Source: Thermoanaerobaculia bacterium
Lineage (GTDB): Bacteria; Acidobacteriota; Thermoanaerobaculia; Multivoradales; UBA5704
Reading direction: 5' to 3'
Assembly: GCA_044226625.1 (NCBI GenBank)
Contig: JBGAGQ010000041.1
Span: forward strand, 1-53,856
Length of the DNA stretch: 53,856 nucleotides
Shown: one piece after another, positions 11,701 to 21,400 of the stretch
Numbering within the stretch: the stretch's first letter is position 1
Layout of the letters: every line of letters begins with the position of its first letter
Program-made: the position numbers and the translations under genes
The notes under the pieces: generated by a model
What the model was told of the DNA's origin: nothing
Database searches by the model: none
The model's input: only the letters and a program-made list of their open reading frames with translations

Positions 11701-12472
11701 CGGCGGCGGCGGAACGATCTATCACCTCGGGGGCGACTACCCGGAGGAGAGCCAAGACGTCCAGCCGGTCTTCCCACCGTCCATCCAGACGCTTCGCGTC
11801 GACAACGCGGGCCGTACGACCGCGAACGCGACGGCGCTGCCGAGCGTCGGCGAAGGCACGGTCACCTCGTTCGACGAGACGAGCTTCCAGTTCACCGACC
11901 TCTCGGCCGATTGGAGGAGCAGCCTGCTGGGGGCTCACGTCCGCTTCGGCGACGACGGCTCCGGTCCGCTCTGCTCGGTCGCCGCGCACGCGCATCACGT
12001 CGACACGCTCCCGCTGTTTTCCTGCTCCGTAGGCTTTCCCCCGGCGAGCGGGGTGGGGACGCCTTACCTCGGCCTGTTGCAGATCGACGGCCTGTCGCTC
12101 CGAGGCGGCGGGCGGCTCGATCCGGCGGCGCTCTGCGAGGCGAGGTCGATCGAGGTCGACGACAGCTCCGCGCTCCTCGCCGACTGCACGCCGCCGATCG
12201 GCTTTGCGGCGCCACGGCTCTACCAGCACTTCGCGCCGGGCGAAGAGATCGTCGTACGCCTCGCGGTGCGCACCGACGTGAGCCTCGCCTCGGCGACCGC
12301 CACCTATCAGGGCGTCGCGACGACCGACGATCAGGCGCCGTTCGAATGGACCTTCGCCGCGGCCGATCCGGGCCAACCGGTGGCGCGGGGGATCTCGATC
12401 GATGCGACCGACGAGGCTGGCGTCCACCATCTCTTCGACACCGTGATCTTCCTCGACCCCGTGACCCCTTGA
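2720..12472 (+). CDS. Giant secreted protein (~3250 aa): carboxypeptidase-regulatory-like repeats, Big_5/Ig-like domains, Gly-rich C-terminal region
   Basis: Long ORF with an N-terminal signal-like segment (..LGITAFLFLFGSMAARA). Many GxVxGxVxxxDGxxPVxxAxV...xDxxGxFxF repeats; Big_5-like P.DGA.GVP...I.V.FSEPV; GGSHGGRGG/GAGGSI Gly-rich motifs. Start could be 2720 or 2729. Confidence 0.85.
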   Translation: MRSMPLVVRLRGSAAFAQLGITAFLFLFGSMAARAELGTGSLLIAGTQLTVSPESQTVPFSTPTIVQTTLEGFDPDRGTLPADLRVLGDLSGPEIPGTLTLETRPGEPFRIPRFSLEGEYVLDDIRLVRGDRLLAYAQPRSAVIRVTQILITKVTSRALTLDEIRSRGIVISGENFKAFDFTFGFTVEGRTIDYDVPILWRPHGEPALPVYGPEAGSAAVRFQPPQLAPFVLDLKPEPDQPSDSGGCLDPSGDCSIPDPPPVPGVILFPTDSSLLHQFFSVVLMVQNGAPAGDPLVIRDLTAKINLPAGLRAATTEPPTPLGTPVPVHVPGPDGKLGTADDLTFLVAQAMGESEFLVEGLREGTHVVSIDLDGVLEGLPTGIRRIGGVARGAVLVRDPRFAIHISHPDVIRRSEEYSLRLSVSNVSNAPANLLSIGLPASGIAGAELVDPSQFRKTIATLLPGESKSVEFRLRALRTGRVTASAARTDATATPTFDLVTGVGETGIPFSPNSIVLSRSSEALPAALVDSALDLAGLGLSLAEAPAASLAPGLPQISGATVDQRVWQLAQAGRHVSLGEDLFDSTAVFASEWLGARDADWDWDLLRRTTQTGGRFVASLASILTAEIAAHGAETAFERFASTTAFLPPLGGALATGDGVHLEVASRTSGRRLTSGAGAGSDVRDLPFADLLHGSGAEWALLGSPEAGGYRARVFADHATTFELQLLVTAAGPELRALRFRDVPIGAGGSAVVEWTAGDGLPFLSVDREGDGDEDDRIPALVEVLSPRPFQMVSAVQNARVDPTGHVVDVLFSGDVDLASLMPADPTHFEIPGKLSNGGLLPVEQGNYVEPTVEGGEPLHRNPFEGLRDTRVVQVVFNNPLSPYLQQLLKAGGVRSVLGETAATVERPVLVTVTTPGGLVEGRIIGPDGAPLPSALVSLTETDLDPTTGDCVRHKTAAVRADESGGFLFDYVRQTECSAPFELSASDPASGKRGTAAGRIRFVGSRIRLDIVLLGRGKVQGTVRYDDGTVPSGLSIVGYSPAFKEGRSARIDAAGNYDVGDLPVGTISLSATAGDGSFALATVEIPTSGATVERDLVLLRRPDHPTGEVRGTVVESDGATPVAQAFVAIYVDGNFLGVRRSDVDGRFDFGVLPTGVAEIEAFSPETGRGGARIFFDLLADRANDVRVVLVDERGLVEGHVYRRTLSGVVPVAGAVVYASETPFHTVSDATGAYRLENVFAGLVTVRAADLATQQSVAGSVNVRDGAVANLDLYFEVNERGSISGAIHDATGAPLGGATIHLATADSDHWIAEAIADPSGSFAFADVLPGTYDVHGYREEDGARARIAVRFAGDSAFADLRVFRGTIRGRVQAANGAGAPIGVVALVRYRTSTVRLGLIGPDLSSHDLETASDGTFEIPNVLAGPYSLTISNALYGSRSFTGDITAQGQVATHDVLFEQNGRITGTIFDQDGVTPVENALVRLVHPNFFHDPTGYEVRSGPDGRFLADLIPPTPNAFPIDVFYDTGAVHRSARAWVRFTQFRQQLDVPITLLKQTRVSGRVEDADGNPVPLADVFLRGAEFPNQTLEQQTDETGAFSFANVLEGPVTVSATAPSLGGLSGKTATAVVAENAEVHDVVVRLEATGEIRGRLLSPVDGSPVSGASVILVRFGRLLDSATSDDQGRFDFRLLPLAPYRIEASDPRTGRQGRKENLQIAANGQILEVDVVLEARGEVVGRLVDPSGDVPVPGAPVRLVSAGILPLTTYSSTDALGAFEFLGVPQGSFTLLGYEPEGRRKAMGDGQIATEGERVTVDLVLEPQGVVYGTVTRPTGQPAGAFAPTNVVLYQDGLRIGATLDNPFRFEGVIVGHSFELKVTEPGGDHIGRVRGVVASAGQDVQADVPMQSVATVEVEVTDGNGAPVPGVEVVGLTTMLVLDSPQLFGNGVVNGTTNALGIATFPRLHEGTIQAIAHDPVSQIGGQVSGVISLDGVTTRLHLMLEPAGIVKGRFVTSDGTTPAAAALVVLTSHPGTFSAYALRKAAEPDGTFSFPVRLGIFTIDAAQDLGPGRFFAFGRIDTTGKVFDFGTVVLDDESPSLLGIEPADGATGVPIGQAIRVRFSEPVQPLGSLEAMIGLTQVASTSSSGGQAIPKVTTYADGGATLVVTPGFPLGSESLYRVSVEASQILDHAGRGLPGGRVETHFATADVVAPSVVSVVPSSGAIQVPLAADVHLTFSEALAAASLDGSPFQLFDRTAGVGVATAFSVASGGREVVLTPLSPLPDSHAFEIRATGVRDPSGNVMPPYTSLFTSLDTTPPAVALAAPSPIYRDVSIALVATPVASPDVASVRFYRGDSLLGTVAASASTPPFTWSYLPTAADETAGTVTFAAEPIDRAGNVGARATAIATVEPPRIALTVPPTVVRDEAATLEVRPVVGPQIASVRFFKGEQLLGTATASASTPPFVWTYTPDAADAAAGSITFGAEAVYLAGNTGPRVTATSTVDANAPSQVTITTVPFVEVHPGASLQVNAEISDANGIVSWSLLLSGAVEQTFESGPVSGDSFSISETVVVPSDPAVLSVAIRVRIVDGLGKVFLSDPVSVPVQAPPTLSFACPESRNFHDTVYVAPGLRVHFVLNAADASGISNVSTTGPLGSFADTAAPFEFDLTVPGTGTTFTQSFTAVDRTGASRSITRRFLVISGAATLGADVTLGGERPNPYLEVGALVVSSGRTLTLDGYVELPALIVADGGRVVVLAATGTEVPDAKLYLFPQGSQPALWVACQGTLDASGRGFLGGGSASQSSAGAPGRGVDNDPTEGAPAGTGGSHGGRGGAASPNLDPLLGAPFDSPFWPTEPGGGGGGGATADGTAGGGSIEIYGFGNEIVIDGAVLANGASGAGPTGAGGSILISHNDLPIFPELSATASRERMRKGSAPRAPGAVGNASPFEALRGAGKLEASGGASTSNGPTGGGGRIALWGIVEGAFRDRAVAAGGSTGSTVPSEVGGGGTIYHLGGDYPEESQDVQPVFPPSIQTLRVDNAGRTTANATALPSVGEGTVTSFDETSFQFTDLSADWRSSLLGAHVRFGDDGSGPLCSVAAHAHHVDTLPLFSCSVGFPPASGVGTPYLGLLQIDGLSLRGGGRLDPAALCEARSIEVDDSSALLADCTPPIGFAAPRLYQHFAPGEEIVVRLAVRTDVSLASATATYQGVATTDDQAPFEWTFAAADPGQPVARGISIDATDEAGVHHLFDTVIFLDPVTP

Positions 12473-12497
12473 CCTTGGGATCGACCGAGCCTTTTCG

Positions 12498-15400
12498 ATG
12501 AGAATTCCTATGCCTTCGCTCCGCACTCTTCGCTCGTTCGCCTGGGGCCTGTCGCTCCTCCTTTCGGTTTCCGCGGCCCGCGCCGTCGGCACGCCCGTTT
12601 ATTCCGAGCCGTTCGAGACGTACGGCGCTCCGGGAGAGCCGCCGGGATGGTTCGACAGCTCGCCGGGCCATCCCGGAAACGAGGCGCCGGGGCAGTTCAA
12701 GGTCTGGAACGACCCGACCCTCGCGGGCAACCACGCGTTTGGACATAAGGGGGCCTCGGAGTCGTATTCACACTACCGCGCGCGGACCTTCGCCGCGGCC
12801 GACGGGTTCCGTTTCGAAGGGCGCCTCCTGCGCACGAAGTCGAAGGCGCATCTCGGGGTGACATTCCTCTCCGATTTTCCGGTTCGCGACGAGCACTACC
12901 GGTTGGCGCTCACGAACGACAACGGCACGGTCCGCCTCGAAGGTCGCGGCTCCGGATCGGCGAACGGCGACACGGAGTCGGACGTCTCTTTGAGCCTCAA
13001 CGTCTGGTACCGCTTCGTCGTTGAGGTGGCCAAGGAAGGCTCGCTCCAGCGCATTCGAGCGAAGGTCTGGAAACAGGGACAGGGCGAGCCCGCGGCGTGG
13101 CAGATCGACGCCACCGACTCGAGCGGCGAGCGGCCGACCGGCTGGATCGGCGTCTGGGCCGAAGGGAGCGGCGAAAAATACTGGGACGACCTGAACGTCT
13201 CGAGCTCCGCCGCGGTCGACCAGGACCCGCCGTCGATCCAGATCACCGAAGGCGGATCGGTGCTCGTCGACGGCGCGCTCTTTGCGCGGTCGGTGGTGCC
13301 GACGATCCAGGTCGTCGACGCCTCGCCGGTCACCTCGTCGGCGACGCTCGACGCCCAACTCTTCGCCTCGGGAACCGCGGTCTCCGCGGAAGGCTCGCAC
13401 ACGCTCGTCGTCTCCGCGACCGACGCCGCGGGGAACTCGGCGACGAAGACCGTCCATTTCACGATCGACACGACCGCGCCCGTTTTCGTTTCGATCCTGC
13501 CTCCGAACGGCAGCCTCACCCGCGATCCGAGCGTCGTCCTCTCCGGGCAGGTAACGGGGGCGGCGACGCTCTCGATCGACGGCGCCCCGACGGCGCTTTC
13601 GGGGACCTCGTTCTCGAGCGCGGTCCTGCCCCTGGCCGATGGGGTTCGGACGATCCCGCTGGTCGCCGCTGACGCGGCAGGCAACTCGACGACGTTCCTC
13701 TATCGGATCGAGCGCGACTCCCTCGCGCCCCAGATCTCGATCGCCTCGCCCGCCTCGCCGGTGGTCGGCTCGGCGCCGATCGAGGTGAGCGGCACCGCGA
13801 CCGACGCCCACTTGGCCTCGGTTTCGGTCGGCGGCGCGGCGGCCACCCTTTCGGGCTCGACGTTTTCCCGTGCAGGAGTTCCGCTCGTCGAAGGCGGCAA
13901 CTCGATCGCGGTTCAGGCGACCGATGCCGCCGGCAACGTCGCGAATCTCTCGATCTCGGTCGTCCTCGACACCCAGCCGCCGGTGGTCACGATCACCGAG
14001 GAAGAGCCGGGACAACCGGCGCAGCCTCTCGTCGACGGCAGCCGCTTCCATCGCGACGTGACGCCGCGATTTACGGCGACCGACGCCACGGAACTTTCCG
14101 TGGTGGCGCGCCTCGACGGCGTAGCGTTCGTGTCCGGTTCCACGGTTTCGGAAGAGGGACCGCACGAGGTTTCGGTCGAGGCGCTCGACGCCGCGGGCCA
14201 CCGCACCGCGAGGCTCCTCCGCTTCGAGATCGACCGGACGCCGCCGGAGATTTCAGGCCTCGATCCCGAGGAGGGCTCGTTGCTCCGGACGAGCCCCGTC
14301 GTCATCCACGGCCGTGCCGCGGCAGCGGCGAGCGTCTCGGTCGGAGGCCGGCCGGCGACCCTTTCGGGTGAGCTCTTCACCTCCGCCCCGATCGATCTTT
14401 CGGACGGCGCCAATACCCTCGCAATCGCCGCGGAGGACGCCGCGGGCAACCGGACTCTCGCGACCCTTCATCTGATCCTGGACACCGCGCCTCCAGCTCT
14501 CTCGATCGACGAACCGGCCGAGGCCGCGGTCCTCGGCGCATCGCCGATCACGGTTGCCGGCTCCGCGAGCGACCCGCATCTCGAAGGAGTGCGCGTCGGC
14601 GGGATCGAAGCCGTGCTCGCGGCCGGGACCTACCGTCGCGACGGGGTACCGCTCGCCGCCGGGGCGAACACGCTCGTCGTCGAGGCGCGCGACGGCGCGG
14701 GCAACACGACCCGGTTGGAGCGCCACGTCGTGCTCGACGCCGATCCGCCGGTGGTGCGCCTCCTCGTCGCCGGGGCCGAGCTTCTCGACGGCGCCCGCTT
14801 TGCGCAAGCGATCTCGGTCGCGATCGAGGTCGAAGACGCGACGGCGACGACGGTCGAGGCGCGGTTGGACGGCACGCCGTACGCCTCGGGAGCCGCGATC
14901 GGAACCGACGGGGTGCATACGCTGTCGGTCGTCGCGACCGACGCCGCGGGGCATCGGACGGCGCGCGCGGTCGAGTTTTCGATCGACGCCTCGGCGCCGG
15001 TGTTCGGCGCGGTCGCCCCCGAGGACGGCACGATTCTCTCGGCCGCCCAGGTTTCGATCTCTGGCCGCGTCACCGACGCGACCTCGGTGGAAGTCGACGG
15101 CGCCGCCGCGACGCTCCAAGGAAACGACTTTACCGCCGGGCCGTTCGCGCTCGTGGAGGGCGCGCGAACGTTCCATCTCGTCGCTCTCGACGAAGCCGGC
15201 AATCGCGCGGAGACGACCCTCACGGTCGTCCGCGACGCGACCGCCCCGGTCGTGACGATCTCAACGCCCGCCCCCGACGCTCTGATCGGAACGACTTCGA
15301 TCTCTGTCACCGGGACCACCACCGATCCGCACCTTCAATCGGTCGCGGTGAACGGCGTCGCGGCGACTCTCGCCTCGGGCGGAAGCTCGTTTACCGCGGC

Positions 15401-18400
15401 GCAGGTGCCGTTGGTCGAAGGGGACAACGAGTTGGTCGCCCGGGCCCTCGACCGGGCGGGCAACGCGGCCGAGGCGCGACGCTCCGTGACGCTCGACACG
15501 ACGGCTCCGGAGATCGCGATCCTCGATCCGGCCGCGGGTACGGTCGTCGCGGCCGATTCGATCGAGGTCTCGGGCTCGGTCTCCGACGCCCATCTCGATC
15601 GCGTCACCGTCGGCGGCGTCGCGGCCGTCGTCACGAGTGGGTCGTTCCGCGCGACCGTCGCCCTGGTGGAAGGACGCCAGACGCTCACCGCGACGGCGGT
15701 CGACCGGATCGGCCATTCGGCCGAGGCGACCGTGTCGGTCGAGCGTCGCTCGACCGCGCCGCGGATCGAGATCGATTCGCCGGCCGAGGGATTCCGGACC
15801 TCCGCCGGATCGATCGCCGTCGCGGGCACGGTCGAAGAGAGGGAAGGTCTCGTCGTCACCGTCGCCGGGCTGCCCGCGACTCTTTCGGCGGGACGTTTCA
15901 CCGTGGCCCAGATTCCCCTGGTCGAAGGGGAAAATCGCCTGATCGCCCGCGCTCGCGATCCGCTCGGCAACGAGGGTGTGCACACCCGGGTGGTGGTCCG
16001 CGATACCGAGGCGCCGCGGTTCGTCCAGAGCGATCCGGCGGACGGCGCGCTCGCGATCCCGGCGGGGAGCGCCCTTCTCCTCACCTTCTCTGAGGAACTT
16101 GCGGTTCCGGCCGCCAGCTCCATTCGGCTCTCGAGCGGCGGCGCGGAACTTGGCGTCGGCCTGGAGCTCACCGGAGAGACGCTCGTCGTCCGTCCGTCTT
16201 CGTCGCTCCCTGCCGGCGCCTCGGTTTCGCTCGAAGCGACCGCGGCGATCCGCGATCTCGCGGGCAACCCGCTCGCGAACCCGACGACGCTTACGTTCCA
16301 CGTGGCCGACCGGGTGCTGCCTGCCGCTCCGGTCCTTTCGCCGCAGCCGCCGGCCGCGCTCTGCGCCGAGGTCGTGACGCTCACCGGTTCGGCCGAGCCG
16401 GGGTTAGCGCTGCTGGTCGAAGGCGGGGCGGGGTCGGTATCCGGCCGTGCGGACGACCAGGGCGCGTTTTCGCTCGCCGTGCCGCTCGCGCCGAATGCCC
16501 TCAACCGCCTCCGTCTCTACGCGCTCGACGCGTCGGGCGAGCGCTCCTCGCCGGCCGTGGCGGATCTCTACGCCGACTGCGTGGCCCCCGCGGTGGTCTC
16601 GGCCGAACGTCTTGCGGATGCCTTCGCGGTCGGGTTCTCCGAGGAGATCGCTGCCGCGAGCGCCACAGGGTCCGTGGGACTTCTCGGCGCCGGAGGGCCG
16701 ATCGAGGGTTCGATCGAGCTTGCGCCGGACGGTCGGTCGCTGCGGTTCGTCCCGGCCGTTCCGGTCGCCGAGACCGCGCCGGTGCGCCTCACGGTCGAGA
16801 CGTCGATCCGCGACCTCGCGGGGAACGCTCTGCCCTCTCCGTTCGTCCGCCGGTTCGGCGGCGAGGCCGGGGAGAGCTTCTTTGCCGGGACCGCGCTCGA
16901 CGCGGGAGTCGGCCGGCCGCTCGCCGGAGTGCTGGTCGTGGTCGAGGCGACCGACGGTCTGCCTCTAGACCTGCCGCTCGAACAGACGACGCTCGCCGAC
17001 GGCCGGTTCCAGCTTGCCGTGCCGGTGGGAGCCCACCGGGTTCGCTTCTCGCGCGAGGGGTATACGCCGGTGTTCCGAACGGTCGCGACGGATTCGACCG
17101 CGGGGGTGGACGTGTTCGATCCTCGACTCTCGCCGGGTGCGCCGACCGTAACCGTGGCCTCCCCGGGCGGCCGCGCCACCGGTTCGGAAGGTGCGTACCT
17201 CGACGTTCCTGCGGGCGCGCTCGCGGAGACCGCCGCGTTCTCGGTGACCGCGCTCTCCGAGCAGGCGCTCCCCGCCGTCCTACCGCTCGGCTGGTCGCCA
17301 CGCGGTGCCGCCTGGATCGAGGTCGGCTCGTCGCTTTCCCAGCCGGCCACCCTGCATCTGCCCGTGGAGGCGCCGAATGGCGTCGAGCTGGTGATCGCGG
17401 CGCTCGACGCCGCGACGCTCACCTGGCGCGTCGTCGGCAGCGCCCAGGTCTCCAGTGGAGCGGTGGCGATCTCGGTCTCGAGAGGTGGCGGTTACGCCGC
17501 GCTCGATGCCGACCGCGGCGCGACGGCTCCTCCCGCTCCGGTTCCCGGTACGCCGCTCGGCGCCTCCACCCCGGGTGGCGAGGTCGCGAGCGCCTCGGTC
17601 GCGTTCGATCCGGAACAGGTCCTCCCGGGTCAGCGTTCGGAGGCGACGGTCGGCTACGACCTCGGCACCGATCCGGCAGCCCTTCCGAGCGGCACGCCGC
17701 TTACCCTGGAGGTGCGCGAGGAGCTGCGTTTGCTCGGTGGCGATGTCCGCCGCGAGCCGCCGTTCTTGGCCGACCTGTCGATCTATCGCACGAGCGACGG
17801 CGCCCCGCGCTCGAAGTTCTTCCTTCGCCCGTCGGAGGCGGCGGAGCTGCTGCCGATCGAGCTCGGCCGCGACGACGTGACGGTCGACCGGTACGGCTCG
17901 GGCGGCGCGGGCGGCAACGTGGTCGGCCCGGGCGGCGGAAGCGTCACTTCCACTGAGGGGGACCGGCTCGACATTCCGGCCGGCGCGCTCGATGCCGCGA
18001 CCGTGGTCACCGTCTCCCGGCGGACGATCGCCGAGCTTCCGCTCGCCTTGCCCGCCGGACTCGCCCCGGGGGACGTCCTGGGCATCGTCCAGCTGAATTT
18101 GGGAGGACGCACACTCCATCTTTCGGCCGCCCTTTCGCTGGCCCTCGGGAGCGCTCCTCCTTCGGGTGAGGACGGCCTGTTGCTCTCCGCCGTCGATCGC
18201 GGACGCGGCGTGGTCCTCGAAGCGGTGGCGCACCTGCTCCCGACCGCCGAGGGGTGGACGACCGCGCCGATCGACCCGCTCGATTTGCCGTTCGACGGGG
18301 TCCGCCGCGGCGGCTTTTATCTCTTCGTGCGCACACCGCCGCTCGGCTTCTTCCGCGGCACCTGTTTCGGTACGAACGGCGTCGCGCGCGGCGGCATCGA

Positions 18401-21400
18401 GGTCTCGGTGCGCGACAGCGGAGTCCGTCCGTGGCTCCAGGCGAGCGTGGAGCCGAACGGGCGGTACGTCCTTCCCGCGGTCGTGGGGGCGAATACGGTC
18501 CTCGCCCGCGATCCGGCGACGGCGACCGGCGGCGACTCGGTCGAGGTCTCGACGGCGATCCCCACGGCCGGCGCGCGCGTCAACCTCGATCTGCAGCTCC
18601 AGGTGATCGGCCCGCGCCTGGTCTCGACGACTCCGGTCGACGGAGCGACCGGAGTTCCGCCCGGTATCGAACCGACGGCGACCTTCTCCGAAGCGGTGGC
18701 GCCGACCTCGCTCTCCGGAGCGATCCGCTTGACCGAGATCGCCGCGGACGGCACCGAGCGGACCCTCGACGCGGCGATCGAGGCGCAGGGCGCGCTGGTC
18801 CGCGTCGTCCCAGCCGCGACGCTCGCGCCCGAGACCCTCCATGAGCTCAGCGTTGGCACGGGGGTGCTCGACCTCGAAGGCAACGCGCTCGAAAACGCCG
18901 CGGCGATCCGCTTCACGACCGCCGAGGCCGCGCCGGAAAACGGCGCGCTCGACCTGACGAAGGTCTCCCTCCTCGAACCCGACGCGTCGGGCATGGCGCG
19001 CGTCGAGGGCGCTCCGGGAGCGGTGCCCGCCCACACCCTGGTGGTGGTCGAGAACGCGACCTCGCTCGTTTCGGTCCCTTCCGCCGAAGCGGCGGCCGAC
19101 GGCTCGTTTGCGCTGGAGGTCGCCGCCACCGTGCGCGACACGCTCCTGCTTCACGTTCTGCAACCGGGAGCGAACGAGCTGGTCGTCGAGCTCGGTCCGT
19201 TCCTGCACCGGGACCGACGCGGCGCGCTGGTCGGTCCGCGCGGCGGACGCTTCACGACGGTCGACGGCTACGCGGTGGGGGTCGCCGGGGGGACGTTCGC
19301 CGACCTTACGCGGGTCCGTCTCGCGCCTCTCCCCACCGGATCCGAGGCGCCCGCCCTTCCCGATTGGCTCGCGAACGGAGCCGATTTCACGCTCGATTTC
19401 GGCGGCGCCACGGCGACCAAGCCGCTCGAAATCGCCCTGCCGCGCCCAGCGGGGGCGACCGGCGACGGGCCGTTCCTGCTGCTCCGGCGGATCGACCTCG
19501 ACGGCGACCGCGCCTGGATGCTCCACGATCTCCTGCGCGTGGACGGCTCGCGGTTGACGACGACCGAGGCCCCCGCCGGTCAGGCGGCGCCGCTCGCCGT
19601 CGCGACGCTCACGGGTGCCGACGCCCCCGGAGGAGGAGTCGTCGGAAACGCCGGCCAGAACCCGAAGGCCTATCTGCCGGGTGCAGCCTTCGCGGGGACC
19701 TATCGGATCGCTGCGCCGACCGTGCCGCTCGCCTTTGTCGCCGCCTCGTATCCACCCGGCGGTGGCGTTTCGTTCGCTTTCGGTGAGGACGAAGGGATCG
19801 GCGCGGCGATCACCGCGGCGATCGCCCGGCTGCTCCCCGGCAACGCGATTCTCTTGCCGGTCCGCCTGGGACGGCCCGTGCATCTCGTGATCCGCGATCT
19901 GTCGAGCGGCGTCCTGCGCTTCGACGGCGAGCTGGGCGCACCGCCCGTGGCGGGCGAGGTGACCGTGCTGCCGATCGACGCGCTCGGCGATCAACGGGCG
20001 CCGTGGCCGGTCGGCGGCTCGCCGCTCCGCTTCTTCGCCCTCACCGCGGCGGCGGGCGACGCGGAGATTCTCCCCGGCGTCATGGTCCGCTTCTTGGGCG
20101 GCCAGCTTTCGGTTTCGGCCCAAGACGGTGCGCTTCCCGCCGGCATCCAGGCCCGTCTGATGGGCATCGACGACGGCGCGGTGAGCGTGGCGGACAGCTC
20201 GCCGGAGGGAAGCCTCGCCCTCTCCGTGCCCGCCGTTCTCGGACGCCGCTACGTCCTCGGTCTCGGCGCGAAGATCGCGACGAACGAAGCGATCGAGGTC
20301 CGCTGGAGCGAGGCGCTCAGCGCCGACCTCGACGGCATCACCGTGCTCGATGCCGACGGGCGCGACGTCGCTCCGACGAAGACCGTGCTGGACGTGGGCG
20401 ATACGGTGCGGCTCGCTCCGGAAAGCGCCTGGCAGGCGGGGGGGACCTACACGCTGCATCTCGGGCCTCCCGTCACGGATGCCGCCGGCAACCGGTGGAA
20501 CCGCTCGTTCGACCTTCGTTTCACGGTCGGCTCGAGCGAGGTGCTCGACACCTTCGACCTCGCGAGCGTGCGCGAGATCGCCCGGCTCGGCAATTGGTTG
20601 TTCGTCGCGGCGGACGCCGACGGTCTCGTCGTGCTCGACGCGGCGGATCCGCGGCACTTGAGGAACGCGGTCGCTCCCGCGTTTGCCTTCGAGCTGCCCT
20701 ACCGCGATCCCGTCCGCGCGGTGGCGATCGACGCCCACAACCGCATCTTGATCGCGGGCGGCGGCGTTCAAGGCTTCGGCCAGTTGAAGGTGCTCGATCC
20801 TCTGCGCTTCGATCCGGCGGCGATCGCGGCCCATCCGGACGACCCGGAGGTCCGCTTTGCGGCGTTCCGCGGCACGGCCCTGATCTCTGACCCGTTGCAG
20901 CCCGACGTCGGTACGCAGCTGCCCGAGGGGGCGCCGCGGAAGATCGCGATCCTCTCGAACGACGTGACCGACCGCTGGGAGGCGGGGAGCGCCGCCCCCC
21001 ATCCGCTCTCGGCGACGCTCGAAGCGATCGGCACGGAGGGGCTCGCGACGCTTTCGGTCTTCGGCGACGACGCCGCGCCCCACGCCCCGGTCACCTTACG
21101 TAGCGGCGGCCGTTGGGCGCGGGTTCTCGCCGACGAGTCGGGCCATTTCGTGGTCGATCTGCCGGTGCGGCGCGGCGACGAGGTGGAGATCAAGCGGAAC
21201 CAAAACACGCTCGCCTACGTCGCCACCCTCGGCGCGGGGATCGAGGTCGTCGACGTCAACGCGATCTTCGACCGGCCCGAGCCCACGTCGCCGCGCGCGA
21301 GCGATCTGCTCGGCGTCTACAGCGGCGAGCACGATCCTTCGCTCGTCCTCTGCGGGGAGGGCGTGTCCGACCTCGGCTCGGCGCTGCTCGACCTCGACGG